From: Desulfatiglandales bacterium
Lineage (GTDB): Bacteria > Desulfobacterota > DSM-4660 > Desulfatiglandales > Desulfatiglandaceae
Direction: 5' to 3'
Assembly (NCBI GenBank): GCA_963662465.1
Contig: OY759599.1
Coordinates: 5,984,001 to 6,048,000, forward strand
DNA: 64,000 nucleotides
Shown one piece after another: positions 9,808-19,884 of this stretch. Position numbers and translations under genes: made by a program. Each line of letters begins with the position of its first letter. Positions within the stretch are counted from its first letter, which is position 1. The notes beneath the pieces are model-generated. The model searched no databases, was not told where the DNA came from, and worked only from the letters and a program-made list of their open reading frames with translations.

Positions 9808-11148
9808 ATGAAATCCGTTAAATTTACAATAGTTATCGCGTTGGCTTTAACTATCTCCTTAGTCTTGTTTTACGGTGGTCAGATGGCCCGTTCCGCTGAC
9901 GGTGAAAATCATTGCTTCACCTGCCATACGAATGCCCAAAAGCTGATAAAGATCACAAGGGAGATTGCAAAGGCCAACAAGGACAAACCAGGGGGCTCCG
10001 CTGAAACCGAAGGCGAGGGGTGAGGGGGAGACGTGGAGCCGTTGGCTCCGCACGAAAAGTTGTGGGTTGATAGTGCAATAGCCGAGGATGAAAACCATGG
10101 TGAACTTTGCTGTCACGAATGCCATGGTGGCAATCCCAATGATCCAAATTGGAAAACAGCCCATAAGGGCGTAGTTAAAGATCCTTCATATCCAGACGCT
10201 TCCGAGACATGTGGATCGTGCCATGATGAGATTGCGGAGAATTATAAGAGCAGTCTTCACGTGACGCTTTCCCCATTCAAGAAAATGATAGATATGCGGG
10301 CTAATCCAAACAAGGATGTGCATGCCAAGGTGGATGCCGCCAGAGGGTCCCATTGCAATGCCTGTCACAGCAGTTGCGGTCAATGTCATATCAGCCGCCC
10401 TGAGGCAGTGGGTGGCGGCCTGTTGGAGGGTCACCTTTTCCAGAGAAGACCCCCCATGCATACCGTTTGTACGGGATGCCATGGGAGTCGTATCGAAAAA
10501 GAGTATTTTGGCAAGAACAAGGGTATTCCTCCTGACATTCATAAACAGAAATATTTTAGATGCACCAAGTGTCACAAGGCTGATGAAATGCACGGAGACG
10601 GCAAGGCGTATGCCAACAGACATGAGGTGGAGAACGGTCCAAAGTGTTTAGACTGCCACGAGGATATCTACCAGCAAAAAGCGAAAAATCCCAAAAGCCA
10701 CTGGATCCACAAAGATCAGGTCAGTTGTCAGGTCTGCCATTCCATGCCTTACAAGAATTGTTATAGCTGTCATGTTGGAAAAGACAAACAGGGCTTTACA
10801 TTCTATAAGAACAAGGAATCTCCCATTGAGTTCAAGGTGGGTCTAAATCCCCTGCAATCGGAGAAAAGGCCTGAAAAATTTGTCACACTCCGCCATGTTC
10901 CAGTAGATCATAAGACTTTCGATTTCTATGTGAAAAACGGCTTGTCCAACTTCGACTCGTTTCCTAACTGGAAACTTGCCACACCCCATAATATCAGGCG
11001 ACACACACCTCAAAACAAGACCTGTAATAATTGTCACGGCAACACAGCGTTGTTCTTGCTTGAGAAGGATGTTAAGCCGGATTACCGGAAGGCCAACAGG
11101 AATGTTATTGTGCCTCCGGCCCTGGTTCCCCAAAAAAGGAGCAATTAG
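9808..11148 (+). CDS. Exported multiheme (11 CxxCH) cytochrome c, probable selenoprotein with in-frame UGA (Sec72) at 10021-10023
   Basis: ORFs 9808-10023 and 10033-11148 are in frame; signal peptide and CFTCH before the UGA, 10 CxxCH after it; context GEG-U-GG; SECIS-like hairpin follows. Confidence 0.85.
10032..10054 (+). promoter_or_regulatory. Putative bacterial SECIS element
   Basis: GGAGCC-GTT-GGCTCC stem-loop extended by CGTG/CACG; GU-starting loop begins 17 nt after the UGA. Confidence 0.75.
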
Positions 11149-11215
11149 TGCAGAGTTTGCTTGCTTGCAAGCTTGGCTTTAAACCCAAAACCCAATTACA
11201 TAAGGAGAAAAGCCG

Positions 11216-11650
11216 ATGAAAAAACGTTCACTTTTTGTATTTGCGCTGGTATTTATGTTCGTCTTCGCCTTTGCTGTTCCTCAAACTATGGCAGAAGATA
11301 TGACTGCCGAAAATTTCGTTGCAGAAGCGAAAAAGGATGTCTGTGAGGTCTCGGTCTCTGATGCCAAGGGGATGCTGGATAAGGGAGGATGTGTTTTTTT
11401 AGATTGCCGGGAACCAAAGGAATTCAAAATGGGGCATGTCCCGGGCGCCGTCAATATCCCCCGTGGGCTGATGGAATGGAAGGTTTCCAAGAAAATTCCG
11501 GATAAGACCGCCAAAATCGTTGTTTACTGTAAGGTAGGGGGCCGGGGTTGCCTATCCGCCTGTACCCTTTGTCGCATGGGTTACAAAAACGTTGTTAACA
11601 TAGCGGGTGGATGGCAGGCATGGGAAAAGGCGGGGTATCCTGTTGAATAG
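11216..11650 (+). CDS. Exported single-domain rhodanese (sulfurtransferase)
   Basis: Signal peptide; LDCREPKEFKMGHVPGAVNIP, active loop CKVGGR, GGWQAW. Confidence 0.92.
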   Translation: MKKRSLFVFALVFMFVFAFAVPQTMAEDMTAENFVAEAKKDVCEVSVSDAKGMLDKGGCVFLDCREPKEFKMGHVPGAVNIPRGLMEWKVSKKIPDKTAKIVVYCKVGGRGCLSACTLCRMGYKNVVNIAGGWQAWEKAGYPVE

Positions 11651-11698
11651 GTAAAAGCGTATGAACGAAAACCCTGTTCAGGCACAATGTTGAATGAT

Positions 11699-11869
11699 AA
11701 GGGAACATGACGATGTCATGTTCCCTTTTTCTTCTATTCGATCGGCAAAACCATGCGGATCCGTTTTTTCTATTATTTTGTCTGAAGCTGCTCCGGCTCA
11801 GGCAGCGGCGCCATTCCCAGTTTTCGCGCAATAGCCTGACCTTTCTGGGAAAAGACAAAATCGATAAAA
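11699..11869. repeat. Copy 2 of the ~170-bp direct repeat, including a bidirectional terminator at 11699-11730
   Basis: AAGGGAACATGAC-GAT-GTCATGTTCCCTTTTT plus the last 31 codons of the 11773-12600 gene. Confidence 0.92.
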
Positions 11870-12600
11870 GCCTTTACCGATCCTTTCGGCGTCCCTTTGG
11901 TCACAAAGGAAAACTCCTGAACATAAGGATAGTCTTTGTCTTTTGGTAAAAGGCCGTTAATCTTGATTTTCGTAAGTTCCCGCCGTGCGGTTGTGGCCCC
12001 CTGGGTAATGAAGGAAATAGCCCCTTTGAGGCATGATACGGAATCCATAACCATTGTGGACCGATAGGTCATCAAATCATATTTTATCTCACGACGTTTC
12101 ATGACAACCCGCTGAAAATTTTTAAAAGTGCCGGTATTTTTGTCTGGGATGACAATCACAATGGGCAGATTTTCACCTCCCAATTCCTCCCAATTGGTGA
12201 TATCCCCGCTGAAAATCTCTTCCAGCTGTTTGGATGAAACGTTTTTAACACAACATCCCTCGTTGACAATCACCGCAAGAGGATCCTTGCAAAACGGTAT
12301 TTCCACATAACCCCACTCTTTGTGTCGAGGATAGAGACGTCGCGTAGTGCTTACGATATCACAGAAATCGTTCATCAAACGATTGACTGCCGATGCTGAG
12401 GACGTAATGTATAAATCCACCGGAATCCCTGTCTCTTTTGTAAACGCATCCAATCGTTCATGTTCAAATGCTTCGTAAACCTGGGCGGAGCAACTATATC
12501 GCAATGGCTGCTGGGCCATCACATTCCTCTCGGAAAACCCCCAGTAGCCCAATAGACCCACTAACAATGCCAGGAATAACGTAAAATGTTCTTTTTTCAT
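11773..12600 (-). CDS. PstS-like (phosphate/oxyanion) periplasmic substrate-binding protein, with no adjacent permease genes
   Basis: N-terminal hydrophobic helix; DPLAVIVN, IFSGDITNWEELGG, AFIDFVFS. Confidence 0.8.
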   Translation of the reverse strand: MKKEHFTLFLALLVGLLGYWGFSERNVMAQQPLRYSCSAQVYEAFEHERLDAFTKETGIPVDLYITSSASAVNRLMNDFCDIVSTTRRLYPRHKEWGYVEIPFCKDPLAVIVNEGCCVKNVSSKQLEEIFSGDITNWEELGGENLPIVIVIPDKNTGTFKNFQRVVMKRREIKYDLMTYRSTMVMDSVSCLKGAISFITQGATTARRELTKIKINGLLPKDKDYPYVQEFSFVTKGTPKGSVKAFIDFVFSQKGQAIARKLGMAPLPEPEQLQTK

Positions 12601-12666
12601 AATGACGCCTCCTTTAGTTTTGTTTTCCCATAAAAACTAAGATACTCCATTTCATGTTCTTTGAAA

Positions 12667-12682
12667 AGCAAAACATGTGCCG
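12667..12682 (-). promoter_or_regulatory. Sigma-54 (-24/-12) promoter of the PstS-like gene
   Basis: Minus strand CGGCACATGTTTTGCT = GG-N10-GC, near the TGGCAC-N5-TTGC consensus. Confidence 0.7.
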
Positions 12683-12930
12683 AAATCTTCATGGGGGAAA
12701 AAAGCACTTATGTCCGTGGAGAAACTAGGAATTTTTTAAAAAATCAGCGAAGAACGATAATGATCGATTATCGGGACGTCAAATGACTTTACAACCTGTA
12801 AAATCAAGCACAACGGTTAACGATCGGTTAAGCTTTAGCATTAACAGTTGACAGCCAGGTTGCCGACCCTATATTCTTTCCACTTCCGCGACCCTAAAGC
12901 CACAAACATCCTCAAGAAAGGAACGTATAC

Positions 12931-13758
12931 ATGTCTCAAGACCTCATACCACATATTGACCGGTTGATTCTGCAAAGACCTGCCTCCAAAGCCGCACTGG
13001 TCTCATTTCGGGAACTGGCGCTTCTCATGGCCTGGGAAACGCCTGACGTCAAGCCGGTCGAATTTAAAAAGGGAACCCGGGACATTCAGCAACAAGAGGG
13101 ATTCCCACTGTTTTCGAAAGAGGATTTGCCCGTTGATTTCAGCGCTGCATCCCGTCTGCTGAAAAGATTCCTGGCGCACTTGTATACGGCCAACAGAGAT
13201 GACGTGAAGGGGATGAAAAAAGCACTTGAACATGCGGAGGCGGACGGCAAATGGGCCGAGAATCTGTTGAAGGCTATCCTGAAGCAGGATGAAAAGGCCT
13301 TATCACGGATTTCAAAAGAGATCAACCTGGAAACAAAGACGGTTTTCTTCCTGGGACAAACAGCCTTAAGACCTTCCATTCACGGGCTCCGTGATGTACT
13401 GGCTGAAGATATTGATAAAAACGGGTGGAACCATGGCTATTGTCCCCTGTGCGGTTCACAGCCGGACATGGCCTATTTCGAAAAGACCGGCAAGCGATAC
13501 CTTCATTGTGAACTGTGCGGTGAACAATGGCCCTATTCCCGAATCAAATGCCCTTTCTGCAATACCGAAGAACAGGATAAGCTGGGCTATTTTGAGGCTG
13601 AAGGAGAGGAGGGATTTCGCGTCTATTTCTGCCGGGAATGTCGGCGATACATCAAAACAATTGATAAAAGGGCCTTCGAGGAATTGGCGCCCCTGGAACT
13701 GGAAAGCCTGGCTACAATCCATTTAGACATTTTAGCCGGCGAGCATGGTTTTAAGTAG
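12931..13758 (+). CDS. fdhE: Formate dehydrogenase accessory protein FdhE
   Basis: CPLCG, CELC, CPFC and CRECRRYIK cysteine pairs; near the fdh genes. Confidence 0.93.
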   Translation: MSQDLIPHIDRLILQRPASKAALVSFRELALLMAWETPDVKPVEFKKGTRDIQQQEGFPLFSKEDLPVDFSAASRLLKRFLAHLYTANRDDVKGMKKALEHAEADGKWAENLLKAILKQDEKALSRISKEINLETKTVFFLGQTALRPSIHGLRDVLAEDIDKNGWNHGYCPLCGSQPDMAYFEKTGKRYLHCELCGEQWPYSRIKCPFCNTEEQDKLGYFEAEGEEGFRVYFCRECRRYIKTIDKRAFEELAPLELESLATIHLDILAGEHGFK

Positions 13759-13766
13759 AAAAACAT

Positions 13767-15398
13767 TTAAGACAACCCGAGACAATTCAGATAGAATTGA
13801 ATGAGCGAGGTTTGTTCATCATGGTGATTTCCGCCCTCTTCCCGTATGGCGGCAAGCAGGTTTTCGGATACAATTCTTGCATCACCGACGCGCCCTGCGC
13901 CGGTCAGTTTCCGAAAAATATAATCATATATCCATGAACGGACAGGAAGACGACTCTCCATAAACGTAGAAACGGCCTTATCCCATTGGCCCTTGTCCAC
14001 CATATGGGCAAGGGCCAGAGATCGGAGGACAACCGGATCACATCGGTTTTCATAGGCAATGGCATAGCCAAGCCCTTTTTCAATGGTTTTCTTGAGTTTA
14101 AATGGGCTTTCCGGGGCACAAAAATAGTAGGGTGCAATATAACCCTCTGATGGCATTCCATACAGATGTTTTGTGTCCGCGCTTTTCTCAATCTCTCGGC
14201 ACAGCCGGGTACCCCTGTATATCCTGCCGCCCACAGTGTATTCGTACCGTCTCAAAATGCCCGGCCTGTATGTTTTCATCTGTTCAATGGAACAATTGAC
14301 GGTCTCATGGGTTTCACCGGGAAGCCCGAAGATCATCGATACGGTGCAGGGCAGGCCGTTTCGTTCACAGATCTCCAGTGTGTTCTGAATATCCCGCCGG
14401 CGGTATGAAGCATAATTTCGCTTCAGTACCCTGTCCGAAAAACTATCACAGGCCAGGATGACGGAAAAATTCGCCTCAAACAGACGCTTTGCAAACGCCT
14501 CATCAAAAGGCCTGGGTAGGAACTGTGAGGTAAATCCAAACCGCTCGTGCAGACCTTCATGGATAATTCTTTCAATCAAGCGGGAACAGTAACTGAGATC
14601 GGGAAGATTAAATTCCGTATCCACAAAAAATATTTCCCTGACATCCTCATGCATTCTGGATATGGCATGCATTTCCTCGAGGACCTGGTCCATCTCCCTG
14701 AAAACAATCGAAGTCCCCTCGATAATCGGTTCTACGCAGTAGCTGCACCTCTGATTGCACCCCCGCTTTACCTGCACGGGAAGACCTGTTGTTTCCAGAG
14801 CAAACCGGAATTTTTCTTCCCGTATGGTTGGAAACACGCCGTCAGCAAAAGCATACGCTTTCCTGGAATTGGCTTTAAACTCGCCGTCAAAATAGGTAAG
14901 GCCACTGATCTTTTTCATCTTCTCCCTGTCGGGAAAAGCTTCGATGAACTGCCTGAAAGGTTCCTCACCTTCGCCTGCTACCCCAAACTCGATACCCAGG
15001 TATTTCAAGATTGCCTGAGGTGCAATGGTAAATCCACCGCCACCACCGACGATCGGAATTTCAGGAGCATGTTTTTTGATCAACTCCACAATTCTCTTGA
15101 TTTCAGGCAGAAAATAGAAAGTCCTGAAATCACGCCCCACGTAGTCGCCATAGGATTCACAGGACAAACACGTATCCAGATTTCGTATGCCCAGGCCTAT
15201 CACCCGCGGCCGATTTTCCGTCAAAAGATTCAACAGATTTATTTCCAGATCGGCGTCGGGAAGAAAAGGATATTCAACCGCTACATGATGTCCACGTTTA
15301 CGGAGGTAATTGGCAATGACATCTAATCCGAAGGGATAAACCTGCTTGATAAGATAATACGGATCCGTATAGAGGAGCAGGATGCTTGATTGTTTCAT
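13767..15398 (-). CDS. B12-binding-domain radical SAM protein
   Basis: VYPFGLD/GIRNLD N-terminal domain, GEGEE, RGCNQRCSYC (CX3CX2C), FGLPGET. Confidence 0.88.
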   Translation of the reverse strand: MKQSSILLLYTDPYYLIKQVYPFGLDVIANYLRKRGHHVAVEYPFLPDADLEINLLNLLTENRPRVIGLGIRNLDTCLSCESYGDYVGRDFRTFYFLPEIKRIVELIKKHAPEIPIVGGGGGFTIAPQAILKYLGIEFGVAGEGEEPFRQFIEAFPDREKMKKISGLTYFDGEFKANSRKAYAFADGVFPTIREEKFRFALETTGLPVQVKRGCNQRCSYCVEPIIEGTSIVFREMDQVLEEMHAISRMHEDVREIFFVDTEFNLPDLSYCSRLIERIIHEGLHERFGFTSQFLPRPFDEAFAKRLFEANFSVILACDSFSDRVLKRNYASYRRRDIQNTLEICERNGLPCTVSMIFGLPGETHETVNCSIEQMKTYRPGILRRYEYTVGGRIYRGTRLCREIEKSADTKHLYGMPSEGYIAPYYFCAPESPFKLKKTIEKGLGYAIAYENRCDPVVLRSLALAHMVDKGQWDKAVSTFMESRLPVRSWIYDYIFRKLTGAGRVGDARIVSENLLAAIREEGGNHHDEQTSLIQFYLNCLGLS

Positions 15399-15844
15399 GC
15401 TGCCTTTCTTCCAAACCGGAATGTTTTAAGGTTTATATTTTATTAACCCAATACCTTCTTATTTTCAAGCGATCAAAAATTATATGCCACAAAAAGTCGC
15501 ATAAATTCAGAAAGAAAAGATTATAGTCGGCGCTGTCTTTTTTCAGACAAGAGAAAGCCTTAAGTCATTCCCGACATATGTAAATAATTGAATTTTATAA
15601 AAAATTTGTTGACAAAGATAAGCATTTTCGTATTGAATGATTTATCAGTACAGTCATCAACGTCACTATTCTCATTCGCATTTTGTTATTACTAACCCAG
15701 CGGGGCTCAAGCTTGTTGCCGACAAAGAAGAGGTTCGCACGGATATTCGCTGTTCTTTCCTAAGCGTGTTGGCGCCCGGATATTTCATTCCGGGTTTACG
15801 TATCTTCATTTAACCCGAAACCTTAACGGAAAAAAGGAGGAGGT

Positions 15845-18800
15845 ATGGACATTACGCGTCGTGATTTCTTCAAGATCACAGGGGCTTCTGCTGCGGGAGC
15901 GGCGATTATGGGTCTGGGCCTTGATTTGAAGCCACTCAAATCCCATGCGCAAACCCTAAAACTTCGCTTCGCCAAAGAAACCACCAGCATCTGCTGTTAT
16001 TGTGCGGTGGGGTGTGGCGTTATCTGCAGCACCGGAGAAGCAGGAGCAGGAAAGATCATCAACATCGAGGGGGACCCGGATCATCCGGTAAATGAAGGGG
16101 CTCTCTGTGCCAAAGGAGCGGCGTTGAGTCAATTGGTCAACAATGACGGCCGGTTGACGATCCCCCTTTATCGGGCGCCTTACAGTACTGAGTGGCGGAA
16201 AGTATCCTGGGACTGGGCACTTACGAGTATCGCGGAAAGGGTCAAGAAGACTCGGGATGCCGACTTTGAACGTAAAAACGCCAAAGGCCAGGTGGTCAAC
16301 CGCACCACGGCTATTGCCAGTGTGGGGAGTTCAGCCCTGGACAATGAGGAGTGCTGGCTGATACAGGCCCTCATGAGGTCGCTGGGGCTGGTCTACATTG
16401 AACACCAGGCCCGTATCTGACACAGCGCTACTGTTGCGGCTCTGGCAGAGTCGTTCGGACGCGGCGCAATGACGAATCACTGGATCGACATCCGAAACAG
16501 TGACTGCATTCTGATCATGGGTTCCAATGCGGCTTCGAATCACCCCATTTCCTTTAAATGGATTACTGAGGCCATGAAGCGTGGCGGCAAGTTAATCAGC
16601 GTTGATCCCCGTTTTACCCAGACCTCAGCGAAGGCTGATTTTTACACTGCTTTGAGATCGGGGACGGATATCGCCTTCCTGGGCGGGATGATCAAATATA
16701 TCCTCGATAACAACAAATACTTCAAAGAGTACGTGTCCGAATATACCAATGCCGCCTTCATCATCGCTGACAGCTATGATTTCAATGACGGTCTCTTCTC
16801 CGGTTACGATGCTGAAAAGCGTAAGTATGACAAGAGCAAGTGGGGTTTCGTAAAGGACGAGAAAGGAATCCCGAAGAAAGATCGCACCCTCCAGAACCCC
16901 CGTTGTGTATTCCAACTGATCCAAAAACACTACAGCCGCTATAACCTGGATACGGTTTCAGCCATCACCGGAACCCCGAAAGAGGATCTGGTGAAAGTCT
17001 ATGAGATGTACTCAGCCACGGGCCGGCAAGGACAAGCCGGGACCATCATGTATGCCATGGGTTGGACCCAGCACACGGTCGGCGTCCAGAATATCAGAAG
17101 CATGGCCATTATCCAGTTGTTGTTAGGAAATATGGGGGTAGCAGGCGGCGGCGTCAACGCCCTGAGGGGAGAATCCAATGTTCAGGGTTCTACGGATCAC
17201 TGCATTCTGTTCCACATCTGGCCGGGTTATCTGAAGACCCCAACGGCTTCCCTGCCCACTTTGGCTGCCTACAACGAAAAATTTACGCCCAAAACCAACG
17301 ATCCCTTAAGCGCCAACTGGTGGGGGAATTATCCCAAGTACAGCGTTAGCCTGCTCAAGTCGTATTTCGGGGACAAGGCGACTGCGGCCAATGATTTTGG
17401 GTATAACTGGCTCCCAAAACTGGATGACGGTGTGACCTATTCATGGCTTGATCTCTTTGACGCCATGTACAGGGGAAAATTCAAAGGCCTTTTTGCCTGG
17501 GGCATGAACCCTGCGGCTTCGGGGGCCAACGCCAATAAGAACCGGCAGTCCATGTCAAAATTGGACTGGATGGTCAATGTTAATATCTTTGACAATGAAA
17601 CCGGTTCTTTCTGGAAAGGTCCGGGCATGGATTCCAAGAAGATAAAGACAGAGGTTTTTATGCTCCCCTGTGCCGTTTCAGTGGAAAAGGAAGGATCCAT
17701 CACCAACAGCGGACGCTGGATGCAGTGGCGTTATAAGGCCGCGAATCCTCCTGCCCAGGCATGGTCTGATGGTAATATTCTGGTAAAATTAGGGGAAAAG
17801 CTTAAAGATCTCTACAAGGGGGGCGGGGTCTTCTCCGAGCCGATCGTCAACCTGAAGTGGGATTACACCCAGCATGGCAAGTTTGACGCCCACGCCATGG
17901 CCAAGGAAATCAACGGCTACTTCCTCAAGGACATGACGATAAAAGGAAAGGCATTCAAGAAGGGAGATCTTGTACCGAGCTTCGCATATCTCCAGAGCGA
18001 TGGTTCCACCAGCAGCGCCAACTGGCTGTACTGTAACTCCTATACGGGTAAGGGTAACATGTCTGCCAGGCGAAAGAGGGAGGAATCGGGCATAGGGCTC
18101 AATCCTGAGTGGGCCTGGTGCTGGCCGGTTAACCGCCGCATCATTTACAACCGAGCATCCGTTGACAAAACCGGGAAACCCTGGGACAAGGAACACCCGG
18201 TGATCGAGTTCAAGGGAAAGGTGGAAAACGGCAAGTATGTGTCCAATAAGTGGGTCGGAGATGTTCCCGACGGGGGCTGGTACCCCATGCAGAACCCAGA
18301 CGGGTCTGAGCGTACGGACACCAAATATCCCTTCATCATGAAACCGGAGGGCCATGCCCATGTGTTTGGACCGGGCCGTGCGGACGGGCCGTTTTCGGAG
18401 CACTACGAGCCGGTGGAAAGCCCTGTTTCGAAACAGCCTTTCTCCAGTCAACTGGCCAGTCCCGTTGCGGTCACATACGGCACAAACATGGATATCTACG
18501 CGTCGGATAATCCCAAGTATCCCTATGTGTGCAGCACCTACCGTGTCTGTGAACACTGGCAGACCGGTATCATGACCCGGTGGCAGCCGTGGCTCCTTGA
18601 AGCCCAGCCCCAGCTCTTTGTGGAGTTGAGCAAGGAACTTGGCGTTGAATTAGGGATCAAGAATGGAGAGAAGGTTACGGTGGAATCGGCCCGCGGCAAG
18701 GTAGAGGCCGTTGCCATGGTGACCATCCGGTTCAAACCCTTCACGATTCAGGGGAAAACCGTACACCAGGTAGGTCTCCCATGGCATTTTGGATGGGTCC

Positions 18801-18910
18801 ATCCCAAGGATGGCGGCGATTCAGCCAACCTGCTGACACCTTCGGCTGGTGATCCTAATACCAGGATTCCCGAAACCAAGGCCTTCATGGTCAATATCAG
18901 AAAGGTATAA
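15845..18910 (+). CDS. fdnG: Periplasmic Mo/W formate dehydrogenase alpha subunit, selenocysteine (UGA at 16418-16420, codon 192)
   Basis: Tat signal TRRDFFK, CCYCAVGC, EHQARI-U-HSATV; in frame with 16469-18910; hairpin downstream of the UGA. Confidence 0.96.
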
Positions 18911-18923
18911 AGGGGGTGGTCTG

Positions 18924-19679
18924 ATGAGCGGAAAAGCGTTTTTTATCGATACGACAGTATGTACTGCATGTAGAGGCTGTCAGATTGCCTGCAAGCAATG
19001 GAACCAGCTGCCGGCCACAAAGACCCATCAATGGGGAAGTATGCAGAATCCCAAGGACCTCTCTTTTGATACCTATAAGGTGGTTCGTTTCGAAGAACAC
19101 ATGGGGAGCAACAACAAACCCGTATGGTATTTTTTCCCGGAACAGTGCCGGCATTGTGTGGAGCCCCCCTGTCTGGAAGTGGCGGAGAGTGAAGCGCCGG
19201 GTGGGATCATCATAGACCGTCAGACGGGCGCTGTCCTCTACACGGATAAACTCAAAAAGGCGAAAACGCAAAACGTCATTGACGCATGCCCTTTCAACAT
19301 TCCACGGGCACAAAAGGGGACCGGGTATCTCTCCAAATGCACCATGTGCGTTGACAGGGTACACAATGGCCTCTTACCCGCCTGCGTCAAGACTTGTCCC
19401 ACCGGGGCCATGAATTTTGGAGATCGTGAAAAAATGGTTTCTCTGGCGAAAAAGCGGTATGGCGAGGTTAAATCGAGATTCCCCAAAGCCACCCTCACCG
19501 GCCTCGAAGATCTCAGGGTTTTTTATCTGCTGGCCGACGAGCCCAAAGCGTACTACCGCTATGCCAAAGTGAATCCTCTGCCGAACAGCATGGACAGGAA
19601 GATGGCGCTTAGAAAAATTGGGAGATCATTGAAGGACCTCTCCAGGGAATGGCATATGATCAACAAACTGGCCGGTTAA
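18924..19679 (+). CDS. fdnH: Formate dehydrogenase iron-sulfur (beta) subunit
   Basis: CTACRGCQIACKQWN, CRHCVEPPC, CTMC, PACVKTCP. Confidence 0.92.
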   Translation: MSGKAFFIDTTVCTACRGCQIACKQWNQLPATKTHQWGSMQNPKDLSFDTYKVVRFEEHMGSNNKPVWYFFPEQCRHCVEPPCLEVAESEAPGGIIIDRQTGAVLYTDKLKKAKTQNVIDACPFNIPRAQKGTGYLSKCTMCVDRVHNGLLPACVKTCPTGAMNFGDREKMVSLAKKRYGEVKSRFPKATLTGLEDLRVFYLLADEPKAYYRYAKVNPLPNSMDRKMALRKIGRSLKDLSREWHMINKLAG

Positions 19680-19702
19680 TTAAACGGCTTGAACGGTGAA
19701 AA

Positions 19703-19736
19703 GAAAAGGGGGGGTTCGCGAGGGCGCCCCCTTTTC
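19703..19736 (+). terminator. Rho-independent terminator after the fdh genes
   Basis: GAAAAGGGGG...CCCCCTTTTC stem followed by T-rich sequence. Confidence 0.7.
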
Positions 19737-19884
19737 TATTTCTAACGCGTCGTTGGTTCTCACCGGTTAACGGAAAAAAGCCTTGACAACGATAGGTTGA
19801 CATTAAGATAATGTGTAACCATTAAGTTAAAATGGGAAGTTTAGGCTAAGCAGGTTTCCGTTAACTCATATGAGGAGGCGCCGA

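Noticed and set aside
16418..16420. fdnG as a split pseudogene
   Set aside because: The TGA sits at the canonical Sec position (ARI-U-H) and both halves are in frame.
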